Assembly: GCA_964442255.1 (NCBI GenBank)
Contig: CAYTYC010000008.1
Coordinates: 1 to 53,972, forward strand
Direction: 5' to 3'
Length of the DNA stretch: 53,972 bases
From: an uncultured archaeon
Lineage (GTDB): Archaea; Iainarchaeota; Iainarchaeia; Iainarchaeales; 1-14-0-10-31-34
Shown: one piece after another, positions 17,744 through 27,823 of the stretch
Position numbering within the stretch: the first letter of the stretch is position 1
Layout of the letters: every line of letters starts with the position of its first letter
The notes under the pieces: generated by a model
What the model was told of the DNA's origin: nothing
Database searches by the model: none
What the model saw: the letters and a program-made list of their open reading frames with translations, nothing else
Position numbers and translations under genes: made by a program

Positions 17744-19153
17744 ATGCCGAACTTTGGGAAAGCCTTTCGGGCTTACTTCAAAACATACCCGTTTATCCTG
17801 GCAAGGCTTGTGTCCAACGCCTTTTTTGCAATGCTTTCATTCATTCTTTTTTACCTTGTTTTTCGTTACTCCCATTTTTTTGCGGAAATAGACTACAGGA
17901 TTCCGTTTCTTGCGGCATTCGTTTTGTTTCTTATGGCGTGGCATGCCTTCAGGCACTTCATCCTCTTTTACATCAAGTCAATCCACATTGCCGTAATATC
18001 TGAGACACTGAAAAACAGGGAAATCCCGTCAATAAAGGCCCAGCTTTCCTTTGGGCAAAGAAAAGCAAGGGAAAGGTTCGGTTCCTTCAGGAAGCTGAGG
18101 TTCATTGAAAAGGAAGCGAACCAAGCCGCAAGGGAGTTTGAAAAAAACCTTTTCTCCAAAAGCCTCCCTGCGCCTCCATTTCTAAAGCGCACGCTTTCAA
18201 AATTCACAATCGTCCTTATGTCTGCTTTGGGCTCGGTTGTTGAAATGATTGTTGCCTACATAATGATAAACGATGATGTGGATGAATTCAGCGGAGCCAG
18301 GGACGGGATGGCGTTGTTTGCGCAGAGGCACAGGCAAATCCTTTTGGGAAGCATTAAGGCGGTCTTTTTCAGTTATCTTTTGTTTGCCGGAATTTTCTTT
18401 TCCAGCCATTTTTTTTTCCCCCCGTTCCCTGAACCACTTCTCTTTTTCCCGCAATTCTATTCCGTCATTTTTTTCATTCTTTCCCTCTTCGTTTACTCTT
18501 CTTTCATTTCCCCGTTTGTCCTGTGTTTTGGGGTGGTGAACTTCTTCAAGCGGGTTGAAGCGGATGCCCCGGAAGAGGAAACCATGGAGTTTGTCCTCGC
18601 AAACAGCCCCTCTTTCAGGGAAATACTGGACAACGCTTCCCTTGACAGGCCCGCAATTTCAATGAAAGAAAAAGGGCTTATTGAAAGCTGGCACACCCGG
18701 CCCATGGAATTAAGGAAAGAAATTCTGCTGAAACAAGAGGCAAAGGAAGCGGAGGGGGAAAAAACCTTTTCAGGCATGGCGGTGCAGGACAAAGGGGAAA
18801 AGGAAAAAGAAACAGCGGCTGACTTAAGCGAAAAAGCCGACGGCTTTGCTGAAAAAGTGGAGAAAGACGCAATAGTCAAAAGGCTGGTGAAGGAAAGGAA
18901 AAAACGCGAAATGGAGGAGTCAATAAAAAAGGTGGCAATGGAAAAAAAGCAGGCCTCCATAAAAGCACTGAATTCTTTTCTTGAGCAGGTTTCAGTTGAA
19001 TTGGGAAAAGACAACGAAATAGAGGTATTGAAGATTGAGCCGAAAGGAAAAAAATGGAGGGCGGTCGCCAAAATAAACGGCGACCCCTTTGAGTTCACCC
19101 TTTCAGTGCACGGAGAAATAATGGATTACAGGGAGTTAAAGGAGGCGGAGTAA
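17744..19153 (+). CDS. Hypothetical membrane protein with a charged coiled-coil C-terminus
   Basis: 469-aa ORF with GAGGGTGA SD; TM segments followed by a K/E-rich domain. Confidence 0.75.
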   Translation: MPNFGKAFRAYFKTYPFILARLVSNAFFAMLSFILFYLVFRYSHFFAEIDYRIPFLAAFVLFLMAWHAFRHFILFYIKSIHIAVISETLKNREIPSIKAQLSFGQRKARERFGSFRKLRFIEKEANQAAREFEKNLFSKSLPAPPFLKRTLSKFTIVLMSALGSVVEMIVAYIMINDDVDEFSGARDGMALFAQRHRQILLGSIKAVFFSYLLFAGIFFSSHFFFPPFPEPLLFFPQFYSVIFFILSLFVYSSFISPFVLCFGVVNFFKRVEADAPEEETMEFVLANSPSFREILDNASLDRPAISMKEKGLIESWHTRPMELRKEILLKQEAKEAEGEKTFSGMAVQDKGEKEKETAADLSEKADGFAEKVEKDAIVKRLVKERKKREMEESIKKVAMEKKQASIKALNSFLEQVSVELGKDNEIEVLKIEPKGKKWRAVAKINGDPFEFTLSVHGEIMDYRELKEAE

Positions 19154-19186
19154 GGTTTCCGTTTTTGCAGGGATAATCCGCTAGCA

Positions 19187-19378
19187 CTACGCGTAAACCA
19201 TTTCCGCCGGTTCAGTGTACTTTTTCTTTGAGTCAATCGCCCCAAGCAAATCAATCAAGGCATTCATCATTTCCCCTGAATCCTCTGAAACACCCATCAG
19301 GGAAAAAATTTTTTCCTTGTGGAACTCCAAATCCTCCAGCATCATCCCATACAGTTCGGGTTTTCTCATTGACTTCAT
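19187..19378 (-). CDS. Small hypothetical protein
   Basis: Strong SD GAGGTGGTGA before ATG 19378. Confidence 0.6.
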   Translation of the reverse strand: MKSMRKPELYGMMLEDLEFHKEKIFSLMGVSEDSGEMMNALIDLLGAIDSKKKYTEPAEMVYA

Positions 19379-19399
19379 TTCACCACCTCTCAAAAAGCT

Positions 19400-19560
19400 A
19401 CTCCCCCCGCATACTAAACCTTTTCGGGGGGGCACATTTCCTGTGATTTTTCCGCAAACACGCTTTATATTATTTATATATTTTTTATATAAATACTTTT
19501 TCCCTTTTTTTCGGTGATTGCTTCCACAATATCCTTTAATTCTGTTGCCGGTTTTTCCTT
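19400..19560. other. Candidate replication origin region upstream of cdc6/orc1
   Basis: Very AT-rich tract at about 19463-19510; inverted C6G/CG6 strings at 19403-19431; adjacent to cdc6; no clear full ORB consensus. Confidence 0.35.
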
Positions 19561-19564
19561 ATTG

Positions 19565-20695
19565 ATGCCTGCAAACATTTTCAAAAAAACCGGGAAGGTT
19601 AACGAGCTTTTCAGCGACGAAAGAATCCTTTACCCCGAATTCATTCCGGAAAGGCTTCCGCACCGCGACCCCGAAATTGAGTCAATGGTTTTTGCCTTCA
19701 AGCCGGTTGCATCCGGAAAAAAGCCCTCTAACGTTGTTTTGCTCGGCCCCTCCGGGACGGGAAAAACCGTTTGCGCAAAATTTGTGGTGAACCAGCTGGA
19801 GGAATTCACGGGGAGGGCGAAAAAAATTTACGTGAACTGCTTTGAATTCAACACCCGTTCCAGTGTCCTGATAAAAATAGTGAATGCCCTGGGCGTTCCC
19901 CTCCCGAGGCGCGGCCTGGCCGGGGATGAAACATTTTCCCGCCTGCTTGAATGCCTGAAAAAATCCAACGCCGTTCCGATTGTTGTGCTGGATGAAGTGG
20001 ACCAGCTGCTGAGGAATGCGGACGGCTCAGGGGTTTTGTATGATTTGCTCAGGATGTCCGAATTCCAGGAGAACCGCGTGGGGCTGATAATAATTTCAAA
20101 CGATTTTTCGCTTGCCGCAAGGCTTGATCCAAGGGTGAAAAGCAGTCTGGTTGAAGAAAAAATTCTGTTCGAGCCTTACACGGTTAAGCAATTGAAGGAC
20201 ATCCTGAATGAGCGCGCTGAAAACGCGTTTTTTCCCGGAGCGCTGGAAAAAGAGTCCCTTGATCTTGCGGCAGCCCACGCGGCCAAAACAGGCGGGGACG
20301 CAAGGATTGCGATAGAGCTGTTGCTTAAGGCGGGAAGGCTTGCGGAAAAGGAGAACGCGGAAACCGTTTCTTCTTTGCACGTGAAAAAAGCCATGGGGCG
20401 CCTTTCCGACACGCCCGCAAAAAAATCGGTTCCTTTCCTGGGCGAAATGGAAAAAAAAATCCTGAAACTGCTGCTGGAAGGGGGGGAATTTTCCACCGGA
20501 GAACTGCACAGGCTTTACTCCCAAAAATCCGGCAAAAAGGTTTCCCTTCGGCATTTTTCTTCCGCCCTCTCCGGCCTTTCTTCCCGCGGGCTGATTGAAG
20601 CCGAGAAGGTGGTGGAAGGAATGAAAGGCAAAACCCGTAAAATTTCCTTGAAAGCAGGGAAAGAAACCGTGCAAGAAGCGTTGAGAGGAAAATAA
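19565..20695 (+). CDS. cdc6: Orc1/Cdc6 replication initiator
   Basis: [52 protein letters not shown]-terminal winged helix. Confidence 0.95.
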   Translation: MPANIFKKTGKVNELFSDERILYPEFIPERLPHRDPEIESMVFAFKPVASGKKPSNVVLLGPSGTGKTVCAKFVVNQLEEFTGRAKKIYVNCFEFNTRSSVLIKIVNALGVPLPRRGLAGDETFSRLLECLKKSNAVPIVVLDEVDQLLRNADGSGVLYDLLRMSEFQENRVGLIIISNDFSLAARLDPRVKSSLVEEKILFEPYTVKQLKDILNERAENAFFPGALEKESLDLAAAHAAKTGGDARIAIELLLKAGRLAEKENAETVSSLHVKKAMGRLSDTPAKKSVPFLGEMEKKILKLLLEGGEFSTGELHRLYSQKSGKKVSLRHFSSALSGLSSRGLIEAEKVVEGMKGKTRKISLKAGKETVQEALRGK

Positions 20696-20698
20696 TTT

Positions 20699-21469
20699 TT
20701 ATTCTTTGGACAAGTGAACTAAAAAAAGAAGTTTGGAAATCTTTTTTATTGAGTAATGCTTCCCGGTTATTTTACAAATGTCTTCCAGTTCTTTTAGGCT
20801 ATAACTTTTTGATTCCAGTCCTTTCACCCAAGGGTCTTGGAAACAGTAAGTGCAATCCTTTAACTCAAAATTTTTGTGTCCTTTTGATTTATATATTTTA
20901 GCTCTCAGTTTATAGGCGGATTTGTCATAAACTGTAAAAATAAAATGCTTTGATTTCTTTGCAATCTCTTTGAAGGTCTCCCCGCTAATTTGGCTCAGGG
21001 TATTCATCATGCAAACCGTCAAATCAAACTCTTCACTTTTTTTAATAAAGTCCAGTGCATCTTCATTAAATAGGTGGACTTCTTTTCGGGATTCAAAAAA
21101 AGGCTTAATTGTTTCAAACATCTTTTTGTTTTTTTCAACTGCGAAAACTTTTTTTGGGTGCCTTGCGCTCAAAAGAGTGTTAATTATTCTGCCACCCCCA
21201 AAACCCACTTCCAGAACCCTTTTTGGCTTTTTTTCTTCAAGGAATTTTTTGAGTTCCCTGCTTTCCGCGTCAGCCATTTCATACCAGTATTTTAGCGGTT
21301 CAGGAAGTTCCTGCCAGCCTCCCTTTTGAACAGTTATTTCTGTTTCTTTAAGGCAATTGAAGCAGGGATCAGGTGAAATGGCCTCAGTTGGCAGCCGTTT
21401 ATAGAATTCAGGGAGCTTTTTTTCAGGGTATTTTTTAATCAGCTCTTTTTCAGTCGGGGTCTGTGGCAT
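20699..21469 (-). CDS. Class I SAM-dependent methyltransferase
   Basis: VLEVGFGGGR, FAVEKN, NEDAL, FDLTVCMMNTL. Confidence 0.85.
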   Translation of the reverse strand: MPQTPTEKELIKKYPEKKLPEFYKRLPTEAISPDPCFNCLKETEITVQKGGWQELPEPLKYWYEMADAESRELKKFLEEKKPKRVLEVGFGGGRIINTLLSARHPKKVFAVEKNKKMFETIKPFFESRKEVHLFNEDALDFIKKSEEFDLTVCMMNTLSQISGETFKEIAKKSKHFIFTVYDKSAYKLRAKIYKSKGHKNFELKDCTYCFQDPWVKGLESKSYSLKELEDICKITGKHYSIKKISKLLFLVHLSKE

Positions 21470-21537
21470 CTTATCCTTTCTTTGAAGGCAAATGATTTAA
21501 AAGCTGCTTTGTTTATGGAATTATAGGAGGTTTTTTG

Positions 21538-22116
21538 ATGGACCTATTGTTTATCGGCGGATTGGTTGTACTGGGAATAATCGTATTGCTTGGAATAATC
21601 CTCATAGTTATCTACAATTCACTGGTTGCACTGCAGAAAAGGGTAAACAACGCCTGGGCGCAAATTGACGTCCAGTTAAAGCGAAGGGCTGACCTGATTC
21701 CAAATCTCATTGAAACAGTGAAAGGTTATGCAAGGTTTGAAAGAAAAGTTTTGACTGAAGTTACAAACGCTCGTACAGCAATAATGAAGGCAAAAACGCC
21801 CAAAGAAAGTGCTGACGGAAACAACATGCTTGCAGGAGCACTGAAAACAATCTTTGCTGTGGCGGAAAACTATCCGCAGTTAAAGGCAAGCGAAAACTTT
21901 GCAAAACTCCAGGAAGAGTTCTCCGCAACAGAAAACAAAATCTCTTACGCAAGACAATTCTATAACGACAGCGTAATGAACTGGAACACAATGATTGCGC
22001 AGTTCCCGTCAAACATTGTTGCGGGAATGTTTGGAATGAAGAAGCCACGCGAGTACTTTGAGGTTCCGGAAGCAGAGAAAAAGCCGGTGAAAGCTGACTT
22101 CTCTGACCTTGCATAA
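21538..22116 (+). CDS. lemA: LemA family protein
   Basis: AWAQIDVQLKRRADLIPNL, AENYPQLKA, ENKISYARQFYN. Confidence 0.96.
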   Translation: MDLLFIGGLVVLGIIVLLGIILIVIYNSLVALQKRVNNAWAQIDVQLKRRADLIPNLIETVKGYARFERKVLTEVTNARTAIMKAKTPKESADGNNMLAGALKTIFAVAENYPQLKASENFAKLQEEFSATENKISYARQFYNDSVMNWNTMIAQFPSNIVAGMFGMKKPREYFEVPEAEKKPVKADFSDLA

Positions 22117-22130
22117 AAGGGGGCAGGAAA

Positions 22131-23033
22131 ATGTCTTTCTATGAAGAGATTGCGGCAAACAAGAGAATGACTTACTTTCTCTTCATTGTCTTCTTTTTCT
22201 TTATTCTTGCGCTGGGATTTGTTTTCGACTACCTGTTCATTGGGGGCGCATTTTTTTTTGTCCCCATTTTCGTGTTAATCGCAATCGCCTACATTCTTTA
22301 CTCCTACTACAATTCCGACAAAATTGTGCTGAAGATTTCCAAAGCAAAGCCCGCGGACCCGCAAAAACACCGCGTCTTCCATAACGTTGCGGAGGAAATG
22401 GCGATTGCCGGAGGCATTCCAAAACCAAGGCTTTACGTGATTGAGGACACCGCCTTGAACGCTTTCGCCACCGGCCGTGACCCGGAACACAGCGTAATCT
22501 GCTGCACAACCGGCCTGCTGCAGAAAATGAACCGCGAGGAACTTCAGGGCGTTATAGCTCATGAAATGTCGCACATTAAAAACCAGGACATAAAAGTAAT
22601 GACCATTGCCGCGGTTTTGGTTGGAATCGCTGTATTGTTAAGCGACGTAATGCTGCGCATGTTCTGGTTCGGCGGAATGGCGCGGAGCAGGGGAGGAAGG
22701 GAAGCAGGCCAGCTTACCCTGATAATTCTTGTGGTCGCAATCCTTCTTGCGGTTTTGACTCCAATAATTGCGCAGCTCATTAAGTTTGCCATCAGCAGGA
22801 AACGAGAGTATTTGGCGGACGCCTCCGGCTCAATGCTTTCCCGTTATCCGCAGGGCCTTGCTTCCGCGCTGGAAAAAATAAAGGCGGACAAGGAACCATT
22901 GGAGGCGGCAAACAAAGCCACGGCCCACTTGTACATTGCCAACCCATTGAAGGGCCAAAAGCTGTGGATGAAAAGCCTTTTCGCAACCCATCCCAACATA
23001 GATGACCGCATCGCAAGGCTAAGGAAAATGTGA
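22131..23033 (+). CDS. htpX: HtpX-like M48 zinc metalloprotease
   Basis: NAFATG, IAHEMSH, SRKREYLAD, LFATHP. Confidence 0.93.
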   Translation: MSFYEEIAANKRMTYFLFIVFFFFILALGFVFDYLFIGGAFFFVPIFVLIAIAYILYSYYNSDKIVLKISKAKPADPQKHRVFHNVAEEMAIAGGIPKPRLYVIEDTALNAFATGRDPEHSVICCTTGLLQKMNREELQGVIAHEMSHIKNQDIKVMTIAAVLVGIAVLLSDVMLRMFWFGGMARSRGGREAGQLTLIILVVAILLAVLTPIIAQLIKFAISRKREYLADASGSMLSRYPQGLASALEKIKADKEPLEAANKATAHLYIANPLKGQKLWMKSLFATHPNIDDRIARLRKM

Positions 23034-23076
23034 ATCCGCGTTAAGAATATTAAATGATTCAGCCAATTCTTAGTTT

Positions 23077-23439
23077 ATGCCCAAAAAGAAAGCCAAACGA
23101 AAAGCCCGGAAAAAAACGGTTCCAGCCGCTTTCCCAAATCTTCCCGATGAGGAGGTCGCGTACAGGCTGGTGAAACTGTACTTCGAGGAAATCGCCCGAA
23201 TGGGTTTCAAGCGCAAACTGGATTTGGACGCAATAATCAACGCCTACTTTTACGCGTTAAGCAGGCTGAAAAGAAAGGACATTGAATTAAGCGCAATAAT
23301 GCACGCAGTACTGAAAGAGGAAAAAAACCTTGCAAATGAGCCCAAGGAAGAAATGTTTCCCTCAAAGGAAGCGCTTAAGGAAAAGAAAAAATTAATGGGA
23401 ACCGGAACCATTAAAGGAAAAATAAGGGGAACTGGTTAA
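23077..23439 (+). CDS. Hypothetical protein
   Basis: 120-aa ORF with an upstream TATTAAA box. Confidence 0.7.
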   Translation: MPKKKAKRKARKKTVPAAFPNLPDEEVAYRLVKLYFEEIARMGFKRKLDLDAIINAYFYALSRLKRKDIELSAIMHAVLKEEKNLANEPKEEMFPSKEALKEKKKLMGTGTIKGKIRGTG

Positions 23440-24629
23440 GGGCTTAAAATTATCTTCACTACATCCCTGTCCTTCAGTTCGTGGTCTTTCCCTATTTTTT
23501 GCTGTGAACGGCAGTCAACTGCGCCCAAAAACCGTTTTCCAAAGTCGCCGTGGATTTTGAAAGCCAAATCCAAAGCAGTTGAGCCGTTTTTCAATAAGTA
23601 GGCATCCGGTAATCGGTGGCCTTTGCCAGAGGCCCACTTGTGGCTGTCCTGCACAGGGTAAACAACAATCAAGTCCAGCAATTCAAAAGCCGTTTTGTTT
23701 ATTGCCTCCTGCACGCCTGTTCCAGAGTTTTTTTCCATTACTTTTGAGATGAATTCCAGCGCATGCCTTTGTTTTTCAGGCAAATCCCCCTTCAGTATGC
23801 TGAATTCTTTTCCCCCGGGAATGTATTCAATTGCCCCGCTTTTTTCCGCCTTTCTTAAAGCCAACTCCGATTCGGCGGAACACGGAATAACAATGTTTTC
23901 TGGAAACGCTTCCCTGAGTTTTTCCACGTTTTCCTGTGTGCCTTCAACGTCCACCTTGTTTGCCGCAATCAGGATTGGCTTGCTTTTTTTCCTGATCAGT
24001 TCGCTGAAATTCAGCACTTCCTCTTCACCCCAGTCAGCTGGCTTTGAAGAAAGCCCGGCTTCTTTCAAAACCGATTTTATTTCCTCCTCCTTTATTCCCA
24101 GCCCGCTTAACTGTTCCGCCAGAACTCCGCTTGGCCCCTTTTCCTCATGCGAAGCCTGTTTGGAAATTTTTTCCCAGTTTTTTGTTAAAACCCCCTTAAT
24201 CCAGTGCGAAAGCTCTTTCTCCAAAAACTTTACGTCTTCCGCCGGGTCATGGGAAAGCTTTTCCACAGGCTTTCCCTCTTCATCTGTTCCCCCGCTTGCG
24301 TCAACCACGTGAATCAATGCGGATGCCTGCATCAAATCATTCATGAACTGGTTTCCCAACCCCTTTCCAAGGTGCGCGTCTTTCACCAGCCCGGCAACAT
24401 CAATCAGCCTTATGGGCACAAGCCTTTCGCCTTTCATGCATTTGCTGTTAACGGGGTCGCATTTCTCCCCTTTCTCCGGGTGCGGGCACTTTGCCTTCAC
24501 ATAGCTTGTCCCCTGGTTTGCCTTTACTGTGGTGAAAGGGTAATTGGCTATCTCCGCGTCAACCAGGGTGGCTGCGCTGAAAAAAGTGCTTTTCCCGCAG
24601 TTTGGCTTGCCCACAACTCCGATAATCAA
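23436..24629 (-). CDS. ychF: Obg-family YchF/Ygr210-like NTPase with TGS domain
   Basis: GKPNCGKST, ANYPFTT, DVAGLV, ANKVD, TALDLAFKIH. Confidence 0.92.
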   Translation of the reverse strand: MIIGVVGKPNCGKSTFFSAATLVDAEIANYPFTTVKANQGTSYVKAKCPHPEKGEKCDPVNSKCMKGERLVPIRLIDVAGLVKDAHLGKGLGNQFMNDLMQASALIHVVDASGGTDEEGKPVEKLSHDPAEDVKFLEKELSHWIKGVLTKNWEKISKQASHEEKGPSGVLAEQLSGLGIKEEEIKSVLKEAGLSSKPADWGEEEVLNFSELIRKKSKPILIAANKVDVEGTQENVEKLREAFPENIVIPCSAESELALRKAEKSGAIEYIPGGKEFSILKGDLPEKQRHALEFISKVMEKNSGTGVQEAINKTAFELLDLIVVYPVQDSHKWASGKGHRLPDAYLLKNGSTALDLAFKIHGDFGKRFLGAVDCRSQQKIGKDHELKDRDVVKIILSP

Positions 24630-24682
24630 TTGAACCCCATTAATCTCTCTAGGGGAAGAATTTTAATTAAAATCCATAAAAT

Positions 24683-25372
24683 TCATGCAATAAAGGCCGC
24701 CATGAAGCCATATGCCTGGCTTAAGACAAGGCTGTTCAGAAACTCAATTAAAAGGCTGAAATCCAGGTAGGTAAGCATCAGCAGTGCAGCGAAGGAAATT
24801 AATGCCCCCAAAACCACGAGAGCCAAACCCAAAATTGCCAGTCCCCGGTTCCCTGAATTTCTCTTTCTTAAAATTTTTAAACGCGTCTGAATTATTTCTC
24901 CCCCGCTTTTTTTGTCTTCCCTTATAAACAATCCAAAAGCAACCAAAACAACCGCGGAAGAAACCCACATCCAAAGCCAGGGGAGAATGTGTTCCTCAAA
25001 CCCTTTCCAGTTAAGAAAAAAGAGCAGCAAAAGGTTTGCAACAAAACCAAAAGAAAAAAGCAGCGGCTTGTCAAAGAAAAACTTCAGCCGGTTTGACAGC
25101 ATCCGGCTGAATGCCCATGAAACAATTAATGCAAAAAAGACGAAAGGGAATAAAATGCCCGCAAGAATCAATGTAAGCAGAACCGCGCCAAAAAAGGTTT
25201 CAAACAAGGGCGTGCCGCTGGTGAACCCGGAAGCCAGAAACACTGCAAAGAAGAGAAACGCGAGAATTGCTTCAGTTTTTAGGGCCAAAAGGAGTATGCC
25301 TGAAAGCTTTTTCTTTGTCTCCTTCTGCAAGGTTTTCACCAGCTTAAAATAACGCACTCCGCCTTTAAACAC
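24683..25372 (-). CDS. Hypothetical membrane protein
   Basis: About 5-6 hydrophobic segments; true start may be GTG 25339. Confidence 0.65.
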   Translation of the reverse strand: MFKGGVRYFKLVKTLQKETKKKLSGILLLALKTEAILAFLFFAVFLASGFTSGTPLFETFFGAVLLTLILAGILFPFVFFALIVSWAFSRMLSNRLKFFFDKPLLFSFGFVANLLLLFFLNWKGFEEHILPWLWMWVSSAVVLVAFGLFIREDKKSGGEIIQTRLKILRKRNSGNRGLAILGLALVVLGALISFAALLMLTYLDFSLLIEFLNSLVLSQAYGFMAAFIA

Positions 25373-25392
25373 TTTTCTTCCAAGGCTTTAAT

Positions 25393-26790
25393 ATGGCCGG
25401 GCTTTTCACTGAAAAATTTTTTCCTTCTTCCCCGGAGGAATTCGTTGGAAACGTGGAAATAGTGGACAAAACCCTGGCCTGGGCAAAGAACTGGGAAAAA
25501 GGAAACCGCCAAAAGCCGCTGCTTTTTTTTGGCCCCCCGGGAATAGGAAAAACCTGTTTGGTTTACGTTCTCTCAAAGCACCTGGGCTGGGACGTGTTTG
25601 AAGTAAATGCTTCGGACTACCGCTCAAAGGACATAATTGAAAAGGTTGTTTCAGCCGCCGCCCTAAATTCAAGTTTCACAGGAACAAAGCGCCTGGTGCT
25701 GATTGACGAGGTTGACGGTTTGCAGTCCCGTGACAGGGGAGGGGCAGGCGCAATAAACGTAATTTTGAGGGAAACCCGGCAGCCGGTTATTTTGACCGCA
25801 AACAACATTTACGGTGAAAGAAAACTTGACACACTAAAATACGGCTGCGAATTAATGCAGTTCAAGAAAATAAATTATTTAAGTATTGCAAAGCGCTTGA
25901 GGGAAATATGCGAAAAGGAAGGACTCGCGTTTGAGGAAGAAGCCGTGAAGCTCCTTGCAAAAAATTCCGGCGGGGACTTCCGCTCTGCGCTAATGGACTT
26001 GCAGACCCTTGCATTGGGGCAAAAACTCACGATGGAAAGCGTGGAATCACTTGCCTACCGGGAAAGGGCTGAAAACATTTTTAGTGTCCTGGAAAAAACA
26101 TTTAAGGCAACAAACTTCGGGGAGGCAAGAAAGCCAAGGTTTAGAACAGATTTGGATCCGCAAATGCTTTCAAACTGGGTTGAGGAAAACATTCCCGTGC
26201 ATTTCACTGAACCAGAAGACACTGCCTCAGCCTTTGAAAAGCTGAGCAGGGCGGACATCTTCAATGGAAGGATTATGCGCAGGCAGCACTGGGGCTTTCT
26301 GCGCTACAGCATGGACCTTATGACTGCGGGGGTTGCGATGAGCCGAAGCCAGGACTACCACGGCTGGATTAAGTACAGGTTTCCGGGGCTTTTAAGCAGG
26401 CTTTCCCGCAGCAGGGGCGTGAGGAATTTGAAGAAAGGGCTTGCCGGTAAAATAAAGGAAAAAACGCATTCAGGCTCAAAGAAAATAATTTCAACGGATT
26501 TTCCTTTCCTTAAGCAATATTTTAGTGACAAAGTTTTTGCGGAAAACTTTTCCGCGCGCTTTGGCCTGAATGAAAATGAAATAGCTTTCCTGCTTGACAC
26601 GAAACCAAACACAAAAAAGGTCCAAAGCATTTTCACTGAAGCGCAGCAAATAAAAAAAGAGTTCATTGCAAAAAAGAAAAACCCTTCGGTTTTTGAACAA
26701 CAGGCACAGGAAGAAGAACCGGAAACTCCTGCACATCCTGCCGAACCGGATAAAGGCCAGACAAGCCTGGGGGGGTTCGTGAAAAAATAG
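25393..26790 (+). CDS. rfcL: Replication factor C large subunit
   Basis: GPPGIGKT, EVNASD, LIDEVDGL, GDFRSALMDLQ, WVEENI, C-terminal PIP box QTSLGGF. Confidence 0.95.
   Translation: MAGLFTEKFFPSSPEEFVGNVEIVDKTLAWAKNWEKGNRQKPLLFFGPPGIGKTCLVYVLSKHLGWDVFEVNASDYRSKDIIEKVVSAAALNSSFTGTKRLVLIDEVDGLQSRDRGGAGAINVILRETRQPVILTANNIYGERKLDTLKYGCELMQFKKINYLSIAKRLREICEKEGLAFEEEAVKLLAKNSGGDFRSALMDLQTLALGQKLTMESVESLAYRERAENIFSVLEKTFKATNFGEARKPRFRTDLDPQMLSNWVEENIPVHFTEPEDTASAFEKLSRADIFNGRIMRRQHWGFLRYSMDLMTAGVAMSRSQDYHGWIKYRFPGLLSRLSRSRGVRNLKKGLAGKIKEKTHSGSKKIISTDFPFLKQYFSDKVFAENFSARFGLNENEIAFLLDTKPNTKKVQSIFTEAQQIKKEFIAKKKNPSVFEQQAQEEEPETPAHPAEPDKGQTSLGGFVKK
26743..26790 (+). repeat. 48-bp direct repeat, copy 1 (rfcL 3' end)
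   Basis: 43/48 identical to 27824-27871. Confidence 0.9.
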
Positions 26791-26833
26791 GTATTGAGGG
26801 GTTTAATGAGAATTTTGGCTTTAATTTGAAAGG

Positions 26834-27823
26834 ATGGTTTTTTTTGTGGGGAAAAGGTTTTTGCCGGTTTATTTTTTGAAAATGGCCCAGCGGTTAAAGC
26901 AGGGAACCCCGAGGCAGGAAATCATTGCAGAACTGGCTAAAAAATACGGCATTCCCAAGTCAACAATTAATGTTTATCTGAGCCAAATTTTTCCAAAAAA
27001 AGAAGCCACGTCCCCTGAAAGAATAAGCGAGTTATTGTGGAAAAAAAGAAATGCTGTTTTATCGTCTTCTGGCAGGCGTGAGAGGGCTTTGAAGGGTGCT
27101 GCGTCTATGTCTGCTGGGCAGAGGCGTGAGAGGGCTTTGAAGGGTGCTGCGTCTATGTCTGCTGGGCAGAGGCGTGAGAGGGCTTTGAAGAGGGAGGCTT
27201 CTNNNNNNNNNNNNNNNNNNNNNNNNNNNNNNNNNNNNNNNNNNNNNNNNNNNNNNNNNNNNNNNNNNNNNNNNNNNNNNNNNNNNNNNNNNNNNNNNNN
27301 NNGGGAGGCTTCTATGTCTGTTGAGAAGAGGCGTGAGAGGGCTTTGAAGAGGGAGGCGTCTATGTCTGCTGGGCAGAGGCGTGAGAGGGCTTTGAAGAGG
27401 GAGGCGTCTATGTCTGCTGGGCAGAGGCGTGAGAGGGCTTTGAAGGGTGCTGCTTCACGCCGGGCGAATGTTTTTGGAGAATCAAGGCGTGTTGAATATT
27501 TGCCTGTGCTGAATCTTTTAAGTAAAACAGAAAGAAATAACTTGTATGAAAAGCATGTTAAGATAATTGATGAATCAGTGAGAAGGTTTAGGGGAAGAAC
27601 TGATTTTGGCGATGTTCAGGGAACTGCGGACCTTGCTTTTTTTGTTGCTTTGAGTAAGTGGGACAAAAAAGCCGATTTGCCCAAGCTTATTAAAGACCAA
27701 ATAAAATATGATTTGATTGGTTATTTTTCTGCAGAAAAAAGGCATGCCCTTACTGAAGTGCCCTTTGATGAAAGGATTTTGACAGAATCAACAAAACCAA
27801 GAAGAAGGAGAAGAAAACCCTAA
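26834..27823 (+). CDS. Hypothetical protein: N-terminal HTH, 16-aa tandem repeats, sigma70-region-2-like C-terminal segment (spans an N gap)
   Basis: RQEIIAELAKKYGIPKSTINVYL; RRERALKGAASMSAGQ repeats; ERNNLYEKHVKIIDESVRRFRGRTDFGDVQGTADLAFFVALSKWD. Confidence 0.65.
   Translation: MVFFVGKRFLPVYFLKMAQRLKQGTPRQEIIAELAKKYGIPKSTINVYLSQIFPKKEATSPERISELLWKKRNAVLSSSGRRERALKGAASMSAGQRRERALKGAASMSAGQRRERALKREASXXXXXXXXXXXXXXXXXXXXXXXXXXXXXXXXXXEASMSVEKRRERALKREASMSAGQRRERALKREASMSAGQRRERALKGAASRRANVFGESRRVEYLPVLNLLSKTERNNLYEKHVKIIDESVRRFRGRTDFGDVQGTADLAFFVALSKWDKKADLPKLIKDQIKYDLIGYFSAEKRHALTEVPFDERILTESTKPRRRRRKP
27074..27456 (+). repeat. 48-bp coding tandem repeat containing a 100-N scaffold gap (27203-27302)
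   Basis: Unit AGGCGTGAGAGGGCTTTGAAG(GGTGCT/AGGGAG)GCGTCTATGTCTGCTGGGCAG; about 6 visible copies, true number unknown. Confidence 0.92.

Noticed and set aside
27074..27456. Regular repeats as a possible CRISPR array
   Set aside because: Units are contiguous, 48 bp and in frame, with no unique spacers; no cas genes nearby.
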